A stretch of DNA of 64,000 bases from Callorhinchus milii (lineage: Eukaryota). Numbering within the stretch: the first letter of the stretch is position 1; each line of letters starts with the position of its first letter. Where the stretch lies: contig NW_024704896.1 in NCBI RefSeq assembly GCF_018977255.1, positions 1 to 64,000 on the forward strand. Direction: 5' to 3'. The notes under the pieces were generated by a model that had not been told where the DNA came from, ran no database searches, and saw only the letters and a list, made by a program, of their open reading frames with translations. This document shows, one piece after another, positions 1 through 12,549 of this stretch. The position numbers and the translations under genes were made by a program.

Positions 1-700
1 GTCAACCTGAACGGCAATGTTGACATCACTGGACTGTATTTGAGATATCACAGGAATGTAATGGTGACGTCATTGGACTGTAATGGTGACATAACTGGAC
101 TGCAATAGTGACATCATTAGACTGCTACTGAGACACCACTGCACCTTAGAATTGACCTGAATGGACTGCAATGGTGACATGAATGGACATTAATGCTGGC
201 ATCACTGGACTTTAATGGCAACATGACTGAACTGTAATGCTGTCATGACTGGACCCTGATGGTGACATGAGTGTTCTGTAATGCTGACATTTCTGGATTA
301 TAATGCTGAAATGATTGGACTGTAATGCTGACTTAAATGGACTATAATTGTGACATGACTGGACGGTAATGGTGACATAACTGGACTGTAATGGTGAAAT
401 GACTGGACAGTAAGAGTGAAATGACTTAACTCTAACAGTGACATTACTGGAATGTAATGGTAACCTAAATGGACTATAATTGTGACATGACTGTAATGTA
501 ATGGTGACTTGACTGAAATGTAATGTTTCAATGACTGGACTGTAATGGTGACATGACTGGACTGTAATGGTGACATGACTGGACTGCAATGGTGACATGA
601 CTGCACTGTAATTGTGACATGACTTGACTGTAATGGTAACATGATGGTGTGTAACATGACTGGAATGTAATGGTGACATGACTGGACTGTAATGGTGTCA
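1..700 (-). repeat. Degenerate 22-bp minisatellite (reverse complement of gtcaccattacagtccagtcat)
   Basis: Repeating atgactggactgtaatggtgac units. Confidence 0.9.
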
Positions 701-1437
701 TGGCTGGACTGATCTGGAGGGGGAACGGCAGCGCTTTACAATGTCAGCTCCAGTCTGACGTCAGTCACTGTGAGCAGCTTCAGTCCCTGTAACTTCAGGG
801 TCATTCGTGGCTGATAGTCAGGAACATGGGATTCAGGGCAGAGGCGAGAGAGGCCGCTTTGCAAATGTGTGCACATGGTTGGTCGACATTGTAAAGAACT
901 ATCGCATACCTGCACTCTATAGCATTTTAATAGAGGTTGGGGCAGAGAAGAAAAGATCAAGAAATATACAGTTTTGCTCCAGTATATCGACATTTTACAG
1001 TGGGTATCCATTGATTTGTTTGCATCCTGCATTTTGTGGAACACAGCAATAAAACCCAGAATGCTTGGAAATGACTTATGTGGATAGACACTATAGCGAC
1101 ATAAAGTGCATGAAATTACGCGAGGTTTGTGATATGCGAGGGCTGTGGTGCTGCTCTCAAATTATTGTGCCTTACCTAACACCCACGATTGTCTCTCTCC
1201 AACCCTCGCACTCTCTATATATTGAACATAATACTATCTGTTTTTATTCTATCAAGAAAACTTTCTTTCTCTCTCCAGGCTAACCTCACTTTCAAATCTA
1301 CAACTATCCGTCCACATTCTCACGCTAACCCCTGGGGTCTGTGATAGTTCTCGTTTCTATGTGGCGGATCGCGGAACACTATTGGTGTCATGATGCTCCA
1401 AATCGGGTTACGGGAGTCAAGGATTTGACTCAGAAAT

Positions 1438-1753
1438 GGAGTCCTGGAGCTCAGTGGTTAGAGCACTCGCTTTGCAAGCGAGACACCTGAGTTCAATTCC
1501 AGGCAGGGCGAAACCTTGGGCAAGTTTCCTTACTCTACACGCACAAAAAAAAATCCCTCCAAAACCAAAAACAATAATAAATTGGTCATTTTCAATCTTG
1601 GACTGTTTGTGGGACATTGCTGTGCGCAATTGGCTGCCGCCGTCGCCCACAAATATACAGTCAATTCATTTTATAGTGTGTTCTGTGAAGCGCTTTGGGA
1701 CGTCCTCCCGACCTGAAAAGCGCTACATCAAATGCAAAGATTATTATTATTAT
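1438..1753 (+). mobile_element. tRNA-derived SINE with L2-like 3' tail
   Basis: Head ggagtcctggagctcagtggttagagca (A box) ... gagttcaattcc (B box). Tail gtgaagcgctttgggacgtcc...aatgcaaagattattattatt resembles the L2 3' end at 11150-11220. Confidence 0.9.
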
Positions 1754-2589
1754 AAAGCGGTTCATGGGAGTCAAGGATTGTGACACAGAAACACAGGGTC
1801 GCCATGTGACGGTAATGCACAGGGCCGTGGCGTTTGACATACTGGTCTGAGACTTCTACACGAGTGCCGATGACGGCGCTATAATGAGGCATGTGAAGAT
1901 GATGGCAATGTTGGCTGATTCCAGCTGAGAAAGCCACAGAAAGGCAGCTCCCCAACCCGGTCACCAGCCAAACCAAGTCACTTATCCAGTAACTAACCAG
2001 ATGACCAGGTCACTTGCGTAGTAACTAAAAAGAAGAACTGGTCACTTTCGCAGATGACCAGGTGAACAGCTGGCTAACCCAACAGCCAGTTATCTAGCAA
2101 GCCTGCCGCACTATCTCTTTATCTGGAGGGCTGTTTTCTGGATCACCCGCAGACAGAAATTGCCTTTTCTTCTCCAATCTCGCCGTGCGTTCTTTAACGT
2201 CCACTTGAACAGGAATACGGGAGCGGGGTTTAACAAATCAACTGGACGACGGAGTCTTCGACAGTGCAACACCACCAGCAGAATTGATTTGGTCCTGTGA
2301 TGCGCTCGCGTTTTTTGAGTCAATCGTCACAGACTTAGATGTAGGGAATAAAAATATTGTTTATTGTTTTTCCTCTTTTTAGCATTCAGTTGTACAGATT
2401 CTTTGACGTGTGGCGTGTCTTGGCGGTGGGCGGTGTGGGGTGGGGGTTGGTTTGGTTATGAGGTGTTTGAGGTAGAGAGAGAGAGAAATAGAAATGAACT
2501 CAATCAGATAAGGATGGTATCACCACTGCTGGTGTGGAAGCAAGTGTGGTAATGGAAAAGGAACAGCGAATGCTCCTGGATCCAACATA

Positions 2590-3345
2590 CCGCATCACAG
2601 ACGCACACACTCTCAAACACACTGACCCACACACGCATACATTGACGCTTACATACTAAAACACACAATAACACAGACACCGACACACACTCAAACACAC
2701 ACCCACAGACACCGACACACACTAACCTGCACACGTACACACACGCACAAACAAACACTGACTTCCTCATTCACAATCACACACAAACACTGACCCACAC
2801 ACGCGCACACATTCACACACACTAATCTAAAAACACACTGATCAGCACACACGCACGCACACTTTGACAATTACATACTAAAACATACAAAAACGCAGAC
2901 TCACAAACTCACACAGACAGTGAAACACGCACAAACAGAAACTTACACATGCACATAGACACTTACACAATCCGATCTACACACTCTCTCACACAGTTGT
3001 CTACGCACGGTCACGCACACATTCACAGATACATCTTAAAACACATAAAATCACAGACCCAATTGCACACACACACTCGAAGACATGCGCAAATATACTG
3101 ACTTACACTATCTCTCTCTCTCACGGACACACACACACGCGCACACACACACATTGGCACATACATACTCAAACACACAAAAACACGGATACACATACGC
3201 GTGCACACTTACACACGCACATACACTGACCTACATACACACTCAAATACACACACACATTGGCATATATATACTGAAACGCACAAAAGCAAAGGTACAC
3301 ACACACAGTGAAAGAGAAACACAAATATGAAGTTGTACTCAATCA
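2590..3345. repeat. CA-rich low-complexity tract in the spacer of the inverted duplication
   Basis: Imperfect (CA)n runs throughout. Confidence 0.9.
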
Positions 3346-4347
3346 CAAAATACACATGAAGAGACTGACTGACACTCGCCAACATATTGCATTAACCGAA
3401 TCACAACATGTTTCCGAAACACTCTTACATCAGAGGGTGGAAGGACGGTGAAGAGTAAAATTTACGTTATAACTATCCTTGACCTGTGAGTTTTCATGGC
3501 CAGTTTGGAGGGAGCTTTCCTCCATCTCTGACGCTTACGTGGGGCTTTGTACAGACAGTGTGGCACTTTCTAGGTATCTGTTCATCGATCAGGTTATCAG
3601 AGCCGCAAACAACTTTTGCAAGTGAAATAATCTAACAATTAGAAGGAATGGAAAAGTCACCACTTTGCTGAGCTCCTCCCTGAATTTCGTCTGAGTAACC
3701 GCGTAAATACAAGTGTTTGTGCAGGAACTCAAAAGCTGCAGCATGTAACCAGTGTGCAAGGTAATATACATCGGGTCATCTGGGCTTAAACGCGAGCGCA
3801 TCACAGGACCAGATCAATTCTGCTGGTGGTGTTGCACTGTCGAAAACTCCGTCGTCCAGTTGATTTGTTAAACCCCGCTCCCGTATTCCTGTTCAGGTGG
3901 ACGTTAAAGAACCCACGGCGAGAATAGAGAAGAAAAGTCAGTTTCTCTCTGCGGGTGATCCAGAAAACAGCCCTCCAGATAAAGAGATAGTGCGGCAGGC
4001 TTGCTAGATAACTGGCTGGTGGGTTAGCCAGCTGTTCACCTGGTCATCTGCGAAAGTGACCAGTTCTTCTTTTTAGTTACTACGCAAGTGACCTGGTCAT
4101 CTGTTTAGTTACTGGATAAGTGACTTGGTTTGGCTGGTGAACGGGTTGGGGAGCTGCCTTTCTGTGGCTTTCTCAGCTGGAATCAGCCAACATTGCCATC
4201 ATCTTCACATGCCTCATTATAGCGCCGACATCGGCACTCGTGTAGAAGTGTCAGACCAGTATGTCAAACTCCACGGCCCTGCGCACTACTGTCACTTGGC
4301 GACCCTGTGTTTCCGTGTCACAATCCTTGACTCCCATAAACCGCTTT

Positions 4348-4667
4348 ATAATAATAATAATAATCCTTGCATTTGATTTAGCGCTTTTCACGTCGGAAAT
4401 ATGTCCCAAAGCGATTCACAGAACACACTATGAAATGAATTGACTGTATATTTGTGGACGAAGGCGGCAGCCAATTGCGCACAGCAATGTCCCACAAACA
4501 GTCGTAGATTGAAAATGATCAATTTACTATTGTTTTTGGTTTTGGAGGGATTTTTTTTGTGCGTGTGGAGTAAGGAAACTTGCCCAAGGTTTCGCGCTTT
4601 GCCTGGAATTGAACTCAGGGCTCTCGCTTGCAAAGCGAGTGCTCTAACCACTGAGCTTCAGGACTCC
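4348..4667 (-). mobile_element. tRNA-derived SINE (mirror copy inside the right arm)
   Basis: Reverse complement of the 1438-1753 copy. Confidence 0.9.
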
Positions 4668-5394
4668 ATTTCTGAGTCAAATCCTTGACTCCCGTAACCG
4701 ATTTGGTGCATCATGACACCAATAGTGTTCCGCGATCCGCCACATAGAAACGAGAACTATCACAGACCCCACGGGTTAGCGTGAGAATGTGCAAGGATAG
4801 TTGAAGATTTGAAATTGAGGTTAGCCTGGAGAGAGAAAGAAAGTTTTCTTGATAGAATAAAAACAGATAGTATTATGTTCAGTATATAAAGAGTGCGAGG
4901 ATTGGAGCGAGACAATCGTGGGTGTTAGGTAAGGCACAATAATTTGAGAGCAGCACCACAGCCCTCGCATATCACAAACCTCGCGTAATTTCATGCACTT
5001 TATTTCGCTATAGTGTCTATCCACATAAGTCATTTCCAAGCATTCTGGGTTTTATTGCTGTGTTCCACAAAATGCAGGATGCAAACAAATCAATGGATAC
5101 CCACTATAAAATGTCGATATACTGGAGCAAATCTGTATATTTCTCGATCTTTTCTTCTCTGCCCCAATCTCTATTAAAATGCTATAGAGTGCAGGTATGC
5201 GATAGTTCTTTACAATGTCGACCAACCATGTCCACACATGTGCAGAATGGCCTCTATCGCCTCTGCCCTGAATCCCATGTTCCTGACTATCAGCCGCGAG
5301 TGGTCCTGAAGTTACAGTAACTGAAGCTGCTCACAGTGACTGACGTCAGACTGGAGCTGACAGTGTAAAGCGCTGCGGTTCCCTTTCCATATCA

Positions 5395-6460
5395 GTCCAG
5401 TCATGTCACCATTTCAGTCCAGTCATGTTACCATTACAGTCCAGTCATATCACCATTTCAGTCCAGTCATGTTACCATTGCAGACCAGTCATGTTACCAT
5501 TACAGTCAAGTCATGTCACAATTACAGTCCAGTCAAGTCACCATTACAGTCCAGTCATGTCACCATTACAGTCCAGTCATGTCACCATTATAGTCCAGTC
5601 ATCTCAACATTACAGTTCAGTCAAGTCACCATTACAGTCCAGTCATGTCACCCTTAGATTCCAGTCATGTCAAAATTATAGTCCATTTACGTAACCATTA
5701 CAGTCCAATCATGTCAACATTAAAGTCAAGTAATGTCAGCATTACAGAATCCTCATATCACCATTAGGGTCCAGTCATGACAGCATTACAGTCCAGTCAT
5801 GTGGCCATTGAAGTCCAGTGACGCCAGCATTAATGTCCATTCATGTCACCATTGCAGTCCATTCATGTCAATTCTGTAGTGCAGTGGTGTCTCAGTAGCA
5901 GTCTAATGATGTCACCATTACAGTCCAGTCATGTCACCATTACAGTCCAGTCATCTCAACATTACAGTTCAGTCAAGTCACCATTACAGTCCAGTCATGT
6001 CACCATTACAGTCCAGTCATGTCACCATTAGATTCCAGTCATGTCACTGTTAGAGTCCAGTCATTTCACCATTACTGTCCAGTCGTTTCACCATTACAGT
6101 CTAGTTATGTCACCATTACCGTCCAGTCATGTCACAATTACAGTCCAATCATGTCAACATTAAAGTCAAGTAATGTCAGCATTACAGAACCCTCATATCA
6201 CCATTAGGGTCCAATCATGACAGCATTACATTCCAGTCATGTGGCCATTGAAGTCCAGTGATGCCAGCATTAATGTCCATTCATGTCACCATTGCAGTCC
6301 ATTCATGTCAATTCTATAGTGCAGTAGTGTCTCAGTAGCAGTCTAATGATATCAATATTACAGTACAGTCATGTCACCATTACAGTCCAATGACGTCACC
6401 ATTACATTCCAGTGATATCTCAAATACAGTCCAGTGATGTCACCATTGCAGTCCAGGTTG
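5395..6460 (+). repeat. Degenerate 22-bp minisatellite (gtcaccattacagtccagtcat)n with an internal higher-order duplication
   Basis: 22-bp periodicity is visible. A ~210-bp diverged block at 5701-5910 recurs at about 6137-6350. Confidence 0.9.
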
Positions 6461-7215
6461 ACATTTTCTGCCTCTAACTGAGCTACTTGGGTCACACCCT
6501 CAGGTTTGCGCTGTGTGAGGGATCGCCACCTAATGTCTGCATTTGGTATTACTTTGTGAGGCAGATCTTGTATGTATGTGTGTGTTTTTGTCTGTGTGCT
6601 TGTGTGAGTCTGAGACTGTGATCTTATATCCACTGCCACTGTAACCTGACAATGGATTTAAAAGCTCTCTCTGTTCAGCTCTGTGGAGGGAATACAAATC
6701 GGATAAATTTGGTTTGCTACTGGTACTGTGTGGTTCAGATCACTAGTATCTGCGCTTATTCCTTTTACTGTAGTTCATGGGGATTGACAAATGGTTGCGA
6801 ATGTTCCGTTTTAACTTCATTCATAATGTAACACATTTCTGCATAACTATATCGGTGTAGTTAATGATCAACAACCTTTTAACACAACAACAGAAATCCT
6901 TTCCCCTATAAACTGACACTTTAAGGAGCTTCTGCCTGAGTCTGTTACTCACTGAGCTGCCAAAATGTGACAAACTCCGGCAAACACCAGCACATGCATC
7001 GCACAGAGCGAAATACTCTTCGGAAAATTACCTGCCTGGTGTATACTTTCTTGGATAAAGTTGTGTAAAATGCTATTGTTCACTCACAGAACAAACGAGT
7101 TTTAGAGAAACGGTCAGTCGAACAAGCGAGAGAAACACAGAGACGAGGAACCAGGAAGCTGAGAAGAGAGTACGGCTGCAAGTTTCTGTAGCTCCGCCTG
7201 GCTTCACTATCCTGA

Positions 7216-7800
7216 GCAGCTCCAAACACTGAGCCTCTCACCGCTGAAACTGTTCCACCCAAAGTCACGCAAACTGCTGCAGCAGCCGCCGCAGCCGCTT
7301 CACCCGAAACCGCCAAGAAACAAGTTGACGCGTTGCTGGAATCCAGCTTCAAACTGATGGAAGTGGTCCATCAGATGGCGGCGAGCGCTGAGCAGCGCAA
7401 TGGTATGTCCGTGTTTGCCATCAAGAAGGCTCTGGACGCCAAAGGCCACAAGACGGTAACCCACAAATTCCAGGTCAGGAGTTCTTTGAAGGGACTGACG
7501 GAAGAAAGTTTCCTGACCCAGACCAAGGGTATCAGCGCCACCGACTTCTGCAAACACAAAAGTGCAACCAGGCAAATAATCCGACCCCGCTGGGGAAGAC
7601 AGGCGTCACCAAGAAATGTACTCACGGTGAAACGTACAGTGAGAAAGCCAAATTCACCCCGTTAACCACCAGTGTCTAACAGAATCAGCAAAGCCAAGTT
7701 TCCCGGTGCCAAATGACAGAGAAATCGATAGCGTATAACAAGCCAATACCTACCAAAACAAGAAAGCTGTAAAGAAGACGGAATCTGCAGCAGAATCGAA
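7216..7800 (+). pseudogene. Decayed, intronless linker histone H1-like sequence
   Basis: The open frame from 7216 reads TAETVPPKVTQTAAAAAAAASPETAKK then KLMEVVHQMAASAEQRNGMSVFAIKKALDAKGHK...VRSSLKGLTEESFLTQTKGISAT. This aligns by eye with the H1 winged-helix consensus (ELI..AVAASKERSGVSLAALKKAL..GY...IK..LK.LV..G.L.QTKG.GASG). There is no ATG at the expected N-terminus and the Lys-rich tail is degraded. Confidence 0.75.
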
Positions 7801-7805
7801 GTCGG

Positions 7806-7880
7806 CATAACATAACATAACATAACATAACATAACATAACATAACATAACATAACATAACATAACATAACATAACATAA
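7806..7880. repeat. (CATAA)n pentanucleotide microsatellite, about 15 units; tail of the adjacent minus-strand CR1
   Basis: Perfect cataacataa run. Confidence 0.97.
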
Positions 7881-8275
7881 CACGTAGGAGCAGGAGTAGG
7901 CCATTCGGACCTTCGAGTCTGTCCCGCCATTAAATAATTGCTGATCTTTTTATCTAACTCCAGCTACTAACCTGACCCTGCCTTATCCCCACATCCCTTA
8001 ATCCGTTTTGCAATAAGAAATCTATCCATTTCAGTCTTGAACATGTTCAAGGACTGAGCGCCAACAGCCCTTTGGGCAGTGAGCTCCATACATTCAACAC
8101 CATTTGAGTGAAGACATTCTTCCTTAACTCAGTGCGAAAGAACTGCATCTGATTTTAAGGTTCTAAACACTGGTTTTAGTTTCTCCAACCAGGGGAAACA
8201 ATCTCCCACTAGCTATTCGATCATGCGCTTTGATGATCTTACAGGTTTCTATAAGATCCCCTCTAATTCGTCTAT
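7806..8275 (-). mobile_element. CR1-type LINE 3' fragment
   Basis: The microsatellite is followed by gtaggagcaggagtaggccattcggaccttcgag, typical of chondrichthyan CR1 3' ends read in reverse. The reverse strand carries a degenerate RGDLIETCKII...FPLVGETKT...RKNVFTQ...VWSSLP ORF2 C-terminus. Confidence 0.75.
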
Positions 8276-9132
8276 TATGATATTGAAATAAACAACAGCT
8301 TCCCGGAGAGATGTCGAGGAAGGAAATTGATTTCCCTGTCCGACCACACTCAAGAATTAGATGGTGATACCCAGAACGGGTGAATGAGTATTAAAATCAA
8401 TGACATCGATTAAATGGGGAATTATTTATTTACGTCAACAGATACAAAGGGAATGAGAATGTATTCTTCTATTATAAAACAATCTCGAGCTATGGCTCCG
8501 AGTCTTGATGCAAAGTCAAAGCGGCGAAAGAAATGCAGATTGTTTGTTCTTTTGTTGAAAACGTAAGAATATTTTAACTGAATACTCTTGGAGCTGTAAT
8601 ACCGCGGTCAGCCAATTTATGGGGGTGTTGTAATGTAAACACACGAAGGAATTACAGTGCGGCACCGCAAACTGCTGGACATGCGCTTGTACTGCAGGTC
8701 TCAAAGCCTCTTCAATCTGCCTCGTGTTGGGGGCATTTTAAATTCCTCCCCATTTCAGTGAGTGATTATTGATAGCTTTGAGCAAACAGAACACTGGGGA
8801 TAAGAAGCCCTGCAGGGGTTCAACTGGGACGTCTTTCCGACCTGAAGGGCGCTACATAAGTGTAATTTATTGGTGCACACTATCCCAGTTGAACCCCAGC
8901 AGTCCTGCACACTGTTGTTGCCACTTCCCTTCCAGCCCCTATCCATCCACAAAAAATCCACACGCAGCTCCTCCCATCCTGTCCCACACAAAGGCCTACC
9001 CATCCTCACCAACACACAGACCCCCTCCACCCTATCACACACACACATTCCCTCCCACTTATCACCCCCTCCTCAATTACACCAAGAGCCTCCCCTTCAT
9101 CACCCAAACCCAATCCTTTCCCCTGCATTAAC

Positions 9133-9715
9133 ACCATGGTGAGCAGCTCAGCACTAAAACAATGCTGACCAGCTCAGCACAAACAAAATGGTGACCAGCT
9201 CAGCACTGACACCATCTTGACCAGCTCAGCACTACCACCATGGTGACCAGCTCAGCACTAACACCATGGTGATCAGCTCAGCACTGACAACATGGTGACC
9301 AGCTCAGCACTAAGACCATGGTGATCAGCTCAGCACTGACACCATGGTGACCAGCTCAGCACTAACACCATGGTGACCAGCTCAGCACTAAGACCATGCT
9401 GACCAGCTCAGCACTAACACCATGCTGACCAGCTCAGCACTAACACCATGGTGACCAACTCAGCACTAACACCATGTTGACCATCTCACCAATAAGAGCA
9501 TGGTGATCAGTTCAGCATTAGCTCCATGGTGACCAGCTCAGCACCAACACCATGGTGACCAGCTCAGCACTAATAAGACGGTGACCAAACATAGCAAGAA
9601 CACCATGGTAAGCAGCTCAGCACTAACACCATGATTACCAGCTCAACACTAACCCCATGGTGATCAGCTCAGCGTTCACACCATTGTGAACAGGTTAGTA
9701 CAAACACCATGGTTA
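9133..9715 (+). repeat. 26-bp tandem repeat (accatggtgaccagctcagcactaac), about 22 copies
   Basis: Unit starts at 9367, 9393 and 9419 give a period of 26; no unique spacers. Confidence 0.93.
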
Positions 9716-9803
9716 CCATCAGTGCCTGCGAGCAGTGTAGATGTAGCGCAGATCTATACAGAGCATCAGTTATTATTGTGGCTTTGTTTAGCATCAGGTT
9801 GGC

Positions 9804-11223
9804 ATGTCTGCCCATAGCACAGGAACTGCCCTGGTCAAGGTCACCAATGACATCCTGATCATCTGTGACCAGGGCTCCCTCTGCCTCCTCGTCCTCCTCG
9901 ACCTATCGGCAGCATTCGATACGGTCGACCATAGTATCCTCCTCCACCGCTTGTCCTCCAACCTAAACCATCAAGGCCCTGTCCTTGAGTGGTTTAGGTC
10001 GTACCACTCCCACCGTCTTCATTTTGTTTCTACTAACGAATTTTCCTCCAGCCCCCGCACTGTCTCGTCGGTGTCGCTCAGGGCTCTGTCCTCGGTCCCC
10101 TCCTCTTCACCATCTACAAGCTCCCCCTGTGGTGACATCATCCGCAGACATGGGGTTAACTTCCACGTGTATGCGGATGACACCCAACTCTACTTTTCCT
10201 CCTCTACCCACAACTCCACGACCACCGATGTCCTGACAGCCTGCCTGTCCGACATCGAGTCCTGGACGAGAGACAACTTTCTCCAGCTCAACGTGCGAAA
10301 AACCGAGGCCCTCCTGATTGGCTCACGTCAGCGCCTCCGCACCTCAGGCGCTGACACCATCAGCATCCAAGGCTGCACTCTCCACCACTCAAAGCCAATC
10401 AGGAACCTCGGGTTCTGTTCGACCCTGAGCTACACTTTCCCCTCATATCCGCGCCACAACTGGCACCGCCTTCCATCACCTACGGAATGTCGACAGACTA
10501 CGGCACTACCTCACCCCTCACGCTGCTGAAACTCTGGTCCACGCCTTTATCACCTCAATGCTGGACGATGGAAACTCTCTCCTCGCCGGCCTTCCCGCCA
10601 CCTCCCTCCACACTGCAGGTCATTCAGAACTCTGCAGCTCGTGTACTGTCCCGCACCAGATACCGCGACCACATCACTCACACTCCCACCCTCGCCCTCG
10701 CTCGCCTCCACTGGCTCCCCATCCCCCAGAGGATCGAACTCAAGATCCTCATCCTCACCTACAAGGCTATTCACGGCCTTGCTCCCTCCTACCTCTCCGA
10801 CATACAATCCCCCTATATATCTGCACGTACCCTCCGTTCCTCTGGCTCCGGTCTGCATCCCCCGCCCCAACCGCCCAACTATCGGTGGCTGGGCATTCAG
10901 GCTCTCAGCCCCTACTCTCTGAAATTCTATGCCCCAGTGCCTTCGCCTTGCCTCCTCCCTTTCCTCCTTCAAGGCCGGTCTCAAGACCTTTCTCTTTGAC
11001 CGTGCCTTCAGCACCCCTCTCGACTCTCTACCCCTCCTCGCTCCCTCCCTTCCCTCCCCTCACCCTGATCATTTCCCCCCTCCTCGCTCCCTCCCTTCCC
11101 TCCCCTCACCGTCACCATTTCCCCCCTGCTCGGTTCCTGACCCAACTGTACAGCGCCTGGGACGTCCTCCCTACGTGAAAGGCGCTCAATAAATGGAATC
11201 TTGTTGCTGTTGTTGTCGTTGTA
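9804..11223 (+). mobile_element. 5'-truncated L2-clade LINE; frameshifted reverse-transcriptase C-terminal half plus 3' UTR and tail
   Basis: HSTGTALVKVTNDIL...LLDLSAAFDTVDH and YADDTQLY motifs, then RLHWLPIPQRIELKILILTYKA in another frame. Tail cagcgcctgggacgtcc...aaggcgctcaataaat...ttgttgttg. Confidence 0.95.
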
Positions 11224-11708
11224 CATAATCAGAATGTAGCCCATTGCAGATATACCTCCCCTAATCTTGTCCCTTTCCAGTCTGCGCCAACCTGCGAATT
11301 TAATCAAACAGGATGTGTTCCTCCCGAGAGAAAGGGCAAGATCCCTTCCAAAGGCACGTTGACACGCGAATAGGCAAACATTTGTGGGTCTCATGTATGT
11401 GCTTCGGATCAACTTAAATATGGATGCAACTTGCTGAATGTGTCTGACACCCAGATCCACAAATGAATGTCAGTGATGAAAGAGAACCAATGGAGGAGCG
11501 AGATGGCAGAGCAGAAAAGATGACGCGCAATCAGAGACACACGGTTTGTACACAACCCTCAGAACTGCCCCTTCACAGTATGTGGCAACTTCTGTAAGTT
11601 GTTTCCTGTTCAGCCCTCCTCACGGTATCTTACAGCCTCCCAGGAAACATTCTCCAACTACTCCACCAACGGTCTCTCAACGCCCCGCGCCACTAAATAC
11701 ATATGATA

Positions 11709-12549
11709 ATGTATACTTATTTGTTAGCAGCCATTGTTACCTTTTCAGGTAAGCCACAAATTCGCTCTACCTGTCCGTTTCATGTGCATATTATCCAATG
11801 CTTATATTTTGTTGCATAAACTAACCAATACGGTATATGACTCATGCATTCCTGTAGTTCAGCAAGCGTCTGGACTTGGTTATGGGTCCCGGGTGGGACA
11901 CAGCGGAACCTTAGGCAGATTTCCTTTCTCCACACACCCATCTCTGTTTATCTACACATATGTAGGTACCCGTTTGCTGGTCGATTGTCAGAAGTGCTGT
12001 CCGGGGTTATAATCCCTTAAAAAACTGCTCGTAACAAAAAATAGTAATCAGTCAATCCATGACTTTTGTCGGAGAATGTTGTGCGCAGTTTAGTGCCACG
12101 TGCCGCCCACAAAATACAGTTATTGCATATTTTCGGAAGCATTTGGAGACGTGTGAAAGATGTGATCTGGCGCTCCGTCAAAAGCTATGCTTATTATTAT
12201 GAATTTTATGCTATTAAACGCTGATGTGTGTCTGGTTTCCAGGACATTGTGGAGGAGATTCTGTGAAGCAGCTTGAATCTACTGTGACAGTGAATGAATG
12301 GGAAGCTGCCCATATGCATTGCAATTATACTACTACAGACACCAATCCCAATCTGTTCTGGTACCGTCAGTATCCTAGCAAAGCTCCAGAATATATCCTT
12401 TGGGCATCCACCTACAGCAAACCGAAATATGCAGAATTTGCCAAAGAACGTTTCTCAACGAATGTGTCTAAAGCGGAGAGGACCGTCACATTAAATATAA
12501 TCCAAGTGAGAGTTACAGACTCCGCCGGGTATTACTGTGCACTGAGCTC
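11709..12549 (+). CDS. TRAV/TRDV: TCR alpha/delta V segment, family A copy 1; apparently functional
   Basis: Leader exon 11709-11748 (MYTYLLAAIVTFS, G|GTAAGC). V exon 12243-12549 with C23, WYRQ and YYCALS. RSS CACAGAG (12550) + 23 bp + ACAAAAACC (12580). Confidence 0.93.

Larger units (their letters stand above)
1..2313. repeat. Left arm of a long inverted duplication; runs off the window start
   Basis: Reverse complement of about 3790-6462. For example, 2040-2120 gtcactttcgcagatgaccagg...gcactatctc mirrors 3985-4060, and window base 1 gtcaacctg mirrors caggttgac ending at 6462. Confidence 0.95.
3790..6462. repeat. Right arm of the long inverted duplication
   Basis: Same elements in mirrored order (unique DNA, SINE, unique DNA, 22-bp minisatellite). 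The ORF track gives near-identical peptides on opposite strands, e.g. 1065..1283+ and 4821..5039-. Confidence 0.95.

Noticed and set aside
212-679. Ser/His/Val-rich ORFs here and at 5403-6207
   Set aside because: They are translations of the 22-bp minisatellite in several frames, with no splice or domain evidence.
1438-1510. tRNA gene
   Set aside because: The A/B-box head continues into a SINE body and L2-like tail and occurs in dozens of decayed copies.
2504-3330. Cys/Val- or His/Thr-rich ORFs, also at 28440-29051
   Set aside because: Artefacts of CA/GT low-complexity sequence.
9133-9715. CRISPR-like regular repeat
   Set aside because: Units are contiguous with no unique spacers, no cas genes, and the context is vertebrate.
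10550-11460. Long antisense and alternate-frame ORFs over the LINE
   Set aside because: They overlap the C-rich L2 ORF2 and 3' UTR and are not independent genes.
11579-11630. Alternative leader exon for family-A V (ATGTGGCAACTT.../VATSVSCFLFSPPH)
   Set aside because: It has stops or no ATG in paralogues and a weak donor. The true leader, with a hydrophobic core and GTAAG donor, is at 11709-11748.
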